Shown here piece by piece: positions 58,667 through 64,000 of a stretch of 64,000 nucleotides of DNA. The stretch is from Hyalangium minutum (GTDB taxonomy: Bacteria; Myxococcota; Myxococcia; Myxococcales; Myxococcaceae): positions 310,001 to 374,000 of the forward strand of contig NZ_JMCB01000003.1 of the NCBI RefSeq assembly GCF_000737315.1, in the 5' to 3' direction. The translations under genes were made by a program, and so were the position numbers. The notes below the pieces were generated by a model that saw nothing but the letters and a program-made list of their open reading frames with translations, was not told the DNA's origin and made no database searches. How positions within the stretch are numbered: the first letter of the stretch is position 1; every line of letters begins with the position of its first letter.

Positions 58667-59587
58667 ATGGCCTACACCGATCGAGTGAAGCAGATCCTGT
58701 CGTGGTACCCGTCCGATAGCCCTGGCACCCTCACCAACCTGGCGCGCCTGCTGAACACCGGCACGCTGGCGGGCACGGGCAAGATGGTCATCCTCCCGGT
58801 GGATCAGGGCTTCGAGCACGGCCCGGCGCGCTCCTTCGGCCCCAACCCGGCCGGGTACGATCCGGACTACCACATCCAGCTCGCCATCGATTCGGGGTGC
58901 AACGCGTACGCGGCGCCGCTCGGCTTCCTCGAGGCCGTGGCCGGCAAGTACATGGGGGAGATTCCCCTCATCCTCAAGGTGAACAACTCGGACACGCTGG
59001 CCAAGGTGGCCAACCCCATGTCCGCGGTGACGTCCTCCGTGAAGGACGCGGTGCGGCTGGGCTGCGTGGCCGTGGGCTACACCATCTACCCGGGCTCGGG
59101 CGCTCGCAACGAGCAGTACGAGGATCTGCGCGACATCATCGCCGAGGCCAAGTCCTACGGCCTGCCCACCGTGCTCTGGGCCTACGCCCGCGGCAACATG
59201 TCCAAGGAGGGTGAGACGGGCATCGACGTGATTGCGTATGCGGCGCAGATCAGCGCGCAGTTGGGCGCCCACATCATCAAGGTGAAGCCGCCGCAGGACT
59301 TCATCGAGCAGCCCGAGGCCAAGAAGGCCTTCGAGAAGGCCGGCATCGCCACCAAGACGATGGCGGACCGCGTGAAAGAGGTGGTGCGCTCGGCGTTCAA
59401 CGGCAAGCGCATCGTCATCTTCTCGGGCGGCGAGTCCAAGGAGACGCCGGCCTTGCTGGAGGAGATCCGGCAGATCCACCAGGGTGGCGGCTTCGGCTCC
59501 ATCATGGGCCGCAACGCCTTCCAGCGTCCGCACGCCGAGTCGGTCAAACTGCTCAAGGACGTGATGAACGTCTTCGCCGGGAAGTAG
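58667..59587 (+). CDS. fbaB: Class I fructose-bisphosphate aldolase (DhnA family)
   Basis: ILPVDQGFEHGP, YTIYPGS, AHIIKVKPP Schiff-base Lys, GSIMGRNAFQ. Confidence 0.93.
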   Translation: MAYTDRVKQILSWYPSDSPGTLTNLARLLNTGTLAGTGKMVILPVDQGFEHGPARSFGPNPAGYDPDYHIQLAIDSGCNAYAAPLGFLEAVAGKYMGEIPLILKVNNSDTLAKVANPMSAVTSSVKDAVRLGCVAVGYTIYPGSGARNEQYEDLRDIIAEAKSYGLPTVLWAYARGNMSKEGETGIDVIAYAAQISAQLGAHIIKVKPPQDFIEQPEAKKAFEKAGIATKTMADRVKEVVRSAFNGKRIVIFSGGESKETPALLEEIRQIHQGGGFGSIMGRNAFQRPHAESVKLLKDVMNVFAGK

Positions 59588-59612
59588 TCCCTCCCCGAGC
59601 GACCCTGCAGCC

Positions 59613-59650
59613 GAACGGCCGGTGCTCCTCTCCAGGGGCCCGGCCGTTTC
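59613..59650 (+). terminator. Putative terminator hairpin after fbaB
   Basis: gaacggccgg...ccggccgtttc inverted repeat. Confidence 0.45.
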
Positions 59651-59684
59651 CGCTTCAGCGAGGCCCACGCGAATCAGGGCCCGC

Positions 59685-59725
59685 AAAAGCGGAAGCCCCC
59701 CGAGGATTTCTCCTCGGAGGGCTTC
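59685..59725 (-). terminator. Intrinsic terminator after tRNA-Ala
   Basis: On minus strand gaagccctccgagg-agaaat-cctcggggggcttc followed by cgctttt. Confidence 0.7.
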
Positions 59726-59729
59726 TGAG

Positions 59730-59802
<73 letters not shown>

Positions 59803-59858
59803 GAAACATGCTGCTGGCGCCGCTCTGGGGAGCGGCAACCGTCGAAAGCGGCGCTCTT

Positions 59859-60260
59859 CTACTTCTTCTTCGGTTTGGACGCCAGCGCTGTTTGCGCCTT
59901 TCCGTCGTTTTTTCCCTTCAACCGCGCCGCCAGGGCCTCCCCTTCCTGGAGGATGTCGGTGATCTGCGAGGCGTGCGCCGCTGCCTTCTGCTCGGCTGCT
60001 TCCACCGCCTTCACCGAGGGTGCGAGCGCGGCAGGAAGCTCCAGCTTGCCCTTCTGCACCATTCGGAACACCGCCTCGCCCAGCGCCCGAAACGCCTTTT
60101 CCTTCTCCATCTGCAGGTAGTTGCCCTGCGAGTTCAGCCGGGCCAGTTCCTCGGTGTGCCGCACCTGCTCCCGGAGCTGCGCCAGTTGCGCCTGCGCCGC
60201 CTGGAACGCCTGCTGAATCTGCTTCATCACCTCGGACTGCGTCGGCTTTGCATCTGCCAA
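59859..60260 (-). CDS. Hypothetical coiled-coil protein
   Basis: 133 aa helical Q/A/E/K-rich ORF between RsmB-like gene and tRNA. Confidence 0.65.
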   Translation of the reverse strand: MADAKPTQSEVMKQIQQAFQAAQAQLAQLREQVRHTEELARLNSQGNYLQMEKEKAFRALGEAVFRMVQKGKLELPAALAPSVKAVEAAEQKAAAHASQITDILQEGEALAARLKGKNDGKAQTALASKPKKK

Positions 60261-60320
60261 GACGGGCGACCCCTAGGAAGAGCTGACGAGGGAGTCCGTA
60301 GCGTGGCGCATCGGGGACTG

Positions 60321-61691
60321 TCAACCCTGGAGCTTGCGCAGCCGCGCCGCGAAGAAGCCCCCGCCTGGGACTTTGGGGGGAATGGGCCGAAGGAAGGGCC
60401 CGTCGCAGAGCGCCGCCGCCCGCTCCGGCCCCACCACCGGTGCCACCGGCTCCAGCGCGAAGCCCGGCTGCTTCTCCAGGAAGCCGTGCACCACCTCGTC
60501 ATTCTCCTCGGGCAGCAGGGAGCAAGTGGCGTAGACGAGGATCGCCCCAGGCCGGGCCTCCCGCCCTACCTCTTCTAGAAGCGCCAGCTGGGTCGCTTGG
60601 AAGTCGGTGATCGCCTTGGGGGTGAGCTTCCACTTCTGATCCGGCTCTCGCGCCAGGGAGCCCGTCCCGCTACAGGGGGCGTCCACCAGCAGCACGTCCG
60701 CCCCTCCCAGGGGCAGGGGGTGGGGGAAGGACACGTTGCGCACCGACAAGTCCCTCACCCGCTCGCGGGCCTGGGCCAGCCGCCGGCGCGAGCGATCTCC
60801 TGCCAGCACCCGCCCCGAAGTTCCTACCCCATCCGCCAGCGCCAGCGTCTTGCCCCCAGCTCCGGCGCAGACATCCACCACCGTGAGGCCCTCCAGTGTC
60901 CCCCCTGGCGGGCGGCACACTTCGGCGATGAGCTGGCTGCCCACGTCCTGCACCTGGAGGCGGCCCGACTTCATCACCTTCGTCTCGAAGACGCGGTGGC
61001 TCGCGTCGGCGATCCGCACCGCGTCCGGGGCAAGGTCCACCGGCTCGGCGGCCACTCCCTCCTCTTGAAGGAGGGTGAGCACCTCCGCTCGTGTGCCCGT
61101 GGGGCGGACGCGGAAGTACAGGGGAGGCTCCTCGTCCAGCGCGGCGAGGAGCGCTTCCAGCACAGTCTCGGGGTGGAGCCCCGCCAGCCGCTCCACCAAC
61201 CAGGAGGGGAACGAGTAGCGCGTCGCCAGGCGATCGGTGGCCGACTCGGACATCGGCGGCTCTGGCAGTGGCCCCTCCACCACCTGGGCGAGCAGATCAT
61301 CCTTGATCGTCCGAGGCCGCACGGGCCCGGGCAGCTTCACCTCGGGGCCAATCCGGGCCCACTTCTCTCCGCAAAAGAGGCGCCGCCAAAGTGCGTAACG
61401 GACCAGGGCTTGATCTTCGGTGAGCCCCACCTTGCTGGGAGGGTGGCCGAGCAGCCGCGCCGCCAGGTCCAACAGCCGCTGGTGCCGGGAGAGTTCCCTC
61501 GCCGCGAAGGCCGTGAAGCGCCGCTCCTGGCCCCCCAGCCCGCCTGCCTCTCGCAGGGCTGTGGCGAGCGAGGCCTTGAGCGGTTCCCCCCGCAGCACGG
61601 CGATGTGGGCCTCAATGGCGGCCGTGGCCGCGCGCCGCGAGGGACGGCCCAGTTTTTCAGAGGGATGAGGGGTAGGCCAGAGCGTGTTCAC
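60321..61691 (-). CDS. RsmB/NOP2 family RNA m5C methyltransferase
   Basis: VQDVGSQL, DVCAGAGGKT, LVDAPCSGTG, VYATCS. Confidence 0.9.
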   Translation of the reverse strand: MNTLWPTPHPSEKLGRPSRRAATAAIEAHIAVLRGEPLKASLATALREAGGLGGQERRFTAFAARELSRHQRLLDLAARLLGHPPSKVGLTEDQALVRYALWRRLFCGEKWARIGPEVKLPGPVRPRTIKDDLLAQVVEGPLPEPPMSESATDRLATRYSFPSWLVERLAGLHPETVLEALLAALDEEPPLYFRVRPTGTRAEVLTLLQEEGVAAEPVDLAPDAVRIADASHRVFETKVMKSGRLQVQDVGSQLIAEVCRPPGGTLEGLTVVDVCAGAGGKTLALADGVGTSGRVLAGDRSRRRLAQARERVRDLSVRNVSFPHPLPLGGADVLLVDAPCSGTGSLAREPDQKWKLTPKAITDFQATQLALLEEVGREARPGAILVYATCSLLPEENDEVVHGFLEKQPGFALEPVAPVVGPERAAALCDGPFLRPIPPKVPGGGFFAARLRKLQG

Positions 61692-61712
61692 GGGGGGACG
61701 TCTCCCAGAGTC

Positions 61713-62384
61713 CTAACCCTTCAGCGCCAGCGAGACGGCCAGACAGCCCTTCTCGGTCCGGGTCTCCGGCGGCGGGCTCGTGGAGAGGAACAAATAATGC
61801 GGGGCCGGCTGCCGCGCGCCATCCACTTCCAGATCGCCCTCCACCACCAGGACACCGGCGCGCCCGCGGTGGTGCGTCCACGCGTAGCTCGTCCCGGGCT
61901 GCAGGCGGATCCACATCAGCCCCTGCTCGGCCGAGGCTCCCGAGGGCCGCAGCACCTGGACCCCCGGCGCCTCTTGCGTCCAGCCCGCGTCGTCGGGAGG
62001 ACGCTTCGTGGCCTGCTGATCCAGCTCCTGCCGCAGCGCGAGGAAGCGCTCCACCAGCGCCGTCATGTCCTCGAGCTGGAAGGGCTTGATCAGGACCGCA
62101 TCCGGCTCCCAGGGGTGGAGCGCCCGCTGGAACTCCTCCTCAGCGGCCGCGCTGACGAGCGCCACCGGCTGCAGCCGCCGGCGGGCCATCTCGACGATGC
62201 TCCGCCCGCCCTGCCCTCCTCCGGAGATGCGCAAGTCGGTGAGGATCAGCTCGAAGCGCTCCTGCCGGAGCACCGTCAGGGCCGAGTCCACCAGGCCCAG
62301 GGCGCGCACCTCGGCCTGCTCGGAGATGATGTCGCTCATCCCCTCGCGCAGGCTCGCGTCATCCTCGACCAGCAGCACCTTCAT
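61713..62384 (-). CDS. Response regulator receiver fused to cupin-like (ChrR-type) domain
   Basis: VLLVEDD, ILTD, IKPF; C-terminal LQPG...HH.G...LVVEGDLEVDG. Confidence 0.75.
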   Translation of the reverse strand: MKVLLVEDDASLREGMSDIISEQAEVRALGLVDSALTVLRQERFELILTDLRISGGGQGGRSIVEMARRRLQPVALVSAAAEEEFQRALHPWEPDAVLIKPFQLEDMTALVERFLALRQELDQQATKRPPDDAGWTQEAPGVQVLRPSGASAEQGLMWIRLQPGTSYAWTHHRGRAGVLVVEGDLEVDGARQPAPHYLFLSTSPPPETRTEKGCLAVSLALKG

Positions 62385-62473
62385 CGGGTTTCTCCCGCCG
62401 GGGACGTTCCTTCCGCCCCCCCAGGACGCGCCCCCTCAGGGCCGCGCAACGCGCACTTCCGACCGTTTCGTAG

Positions 62474-62559
62474 TGGCCCTCCCCGGACTCGAACCGGGAC
62501 GCGGGGTCAGCCGCAGCGGATTTTGAGTCCGCCTCGTCTACCAATTTCGACAGAGGGCC
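62474..62559 (-). tRNA. tRNA-Leu (CAA), long variable arm, CCA not encoded
   Basis: GGCCCTC/GAGGGCC acceptor stem, AATTGGTAGAC D-loop, GCGGA-CTCAAAA-TCCGC anticodon arm, GGTTCGAGTCC. Confidence 0.95.
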
Positions 62560-62658
62560 CTGTCTGCCACCGACAATCGGGCAGACGTATACCGCGCTCA
62601 ACGCTCGCATGCACCCGGAGATTGCGGTGTTGCCTTCAAATGACTAGAGGGACCGCGC

Positions 62659-63411
62659 ATGTACAACCTTCTCATCTCCCTGGGCGTGGGGATCGCCGTA
62701 GCTCTGGGCATCAAGCTGCTGGGCTACTCCCTGTGGGCCGGCCTCATTCCGGGCACCCTCGCCTTCGCCTTCACCTTCATTCTCCTGGCCCGCCGGGTGG
62801 CCAAGCGCATCCAGGCCCTCATGGACTCCGTCCAGAAGGAGTTCGCCACCCAGGCCACCCACCAGAAGGAAGCCCAGCAGAAGGTGGAGCGCGCCGTGAA
62901 GACCCTGGAGCAGGGTCTGGTCTACGACAAATGGCAGCTCATGGTCGGCCCCGAGCTCCACGCCCAGATCGGCATGCTCAAGTACATGGTGAAGGATCTG
63001 GACGGCGCCCAGGCCCACTTCGCCAAGTCCGGTCCTCGCAACTACATGGCCAAGGCCATGGAGGGCGCCCTTCACTACCAGCGCAAGAACTTCACTGCCA
63101 TGGAGGCCTCCTTCGAGGCGGCAGTGAAGACGGGCAAGAAGGAGTCCGTCATCTGGGCCGCCTACGCCTGGTGCCTGCTGCAGAACAAGGACAAGGACAA
63201 GGCGCTCAAGGTGCTCGCTCGCGCCGTGCAGACCAACCCCACGGATGAGAAGCTCAAGGGCAGCCTCACCCAACTGCAGAACGACAAGCGGCTGAAGATG
63301 AAGCCTTACGAGCCCACCTGGTGGCAGTTCGGTCTGGAGGCTCCTCCCATGCCCACGATGGGGGGCGGCGGAGGCGGCGGCCGTCGCGTGCAGTTCATTA
63401 ATCGACGTTGA
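62659..63411 (+). CDS. Membrane-anchored TPR-like protein
   Basis: Two N-terminal TM helices then helical repeats (AWCLLQ..KALKVLARA). Confidence 0.7.
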   Translation: MYNLLISLGVGIAVALGIKLLGYSLWAGLIPGTLAFAFTFILLARRVAKRIQALMDSVQKEFATQATHQKEAQQKVERAVKTLEQGLVYDKWQLMVGPELHAQIGMLKYMVKDLDGAQAHFAKSGPRNYMAKAMEGALHYQRKNFTAMEASFEAAVKTGKKESVIWAAYAWCLLQNKDKDKALKVLARAVQTNPTDEKLKGSLTQLQNDKRLKMKPYEPTWWQFGLEAPPMPTMGGGGGGGRRVQFINRR

Positions 63412-63815
63412 AGACGTCCCTGGGTACAGGCATCCGTTCGCCGGAGCACGGGAATTCCTACCGATCGCGAGTTCCCATGCTGGTACGTCTTACGGATGAG
63501 CCAGACTCGTGGCGAATGAAGGGCGACGCAACCGCCTGAAAAAACACCGGCTGCCCCGTTTCGTCTCAGGGCATGGAGCTTGCTCCTATCCCCCTCACAC
63601 CTCCTCCGAGGAGGGGTGAGCAGCAAAGAAAAGAGACGGACGGACTTGGCAGCCGGAGGTCTCGGGTGAAGGTTGCGGAGGGAAGCGGGTGTCCGGAGTA
63701 CGGAGCGGCGGCGGCGGCGCGAGGGGCGCGAGGGCGTTGTGGGCACTCCGCAGGGCGTGGCGCTCGAGATCTTCGGCCTGCCATTTCGAGGCAGGCGTGC
63801 GCAACGGAGCGTTGC

Positions 63816-64000
63816 ATGGAACGGCGCGGCCGGGGCAGTGAGCGGGCCCAGATCCTCATCATCGAGGACGATGCAGGTGTTCGTGACAGCCTTTCGGATT
63901 TGTTGGTGGTGAAGTTCGAGGTGTTGACGGCCGCGGACGCGGGCGTGGGGGTGGAGCTGGCGCGAGAACACCACCCCGATCTGATCCTGCTGGATCGGTT
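63816..64000 (+). CDS. Response regulator receiver domain protein, 3' end outside window
   Basis: Manual translation MERRGRGSERAQILIIEDDAGVRDSLSDLL...HHPDLILLDR; not in ORF track because truncated. Confidence 0.8.
   Translation, partial: MERRGRGSERAQILIIEDDAGVRDSLSDLLVVKFEVLTAADAGVGVELAREHHPDLILLDR

Overview
High-GC myxobacterial chromosomal DNA; gene content and order resemble Cystobacterineae (Archangiaceae/Myxococcaceae). It is mostly core genes: an M3 peptidase (5'-truncated), an S46 peptidase, trpS, era-der-yfgM-bamB-NUDIX-exonuclease, two cyclophilins, rnc, the liuA/liuB/liuC leucine/isovalerate genes, HMG-CoA lyase, fbaB, an RsmB-like methyltransferase, tRNA-Ala(GGC) and tRNA-Leu(CAA). 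Signalling genes include a kinase with 16 WD40 repeats, a pseudokinase and a PAS-kinase/receiver/hybrid-kinase trio. The best candidate system is at 48.5-58.4 kb. A ceramide-synthesis trio (serine palmitoyltransferase, GNAT-type ceramide synthase, NAD-dependent reductase) is flanked by a divergent MMPL/RND transporter coupled to an AUR1/IPC-synthase-like PAP2 enzyme, and by a convergent TolC plus MlaC-like pair. I infer a sphingolipid synthesis, head-group and envelope-trafficking locus. Other highlights: a B12 acyl-CoA mutase with isobutyryl-CoA-mutase signature residues and a Lys-rich N-tail; a CxxCxxC/CC metalloenzyme fused to an RRE-like domain beside a triple zinc-ribbon protein; and two decayed accessory patches. 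These patches are two broken trypsin-like lipoproteins, and a JAB-motif lipoprotein/partner pair with an HsdM relic. All calls come from motif reading only; no database searches were run. I found no CRISPR array, transposase or integrase.
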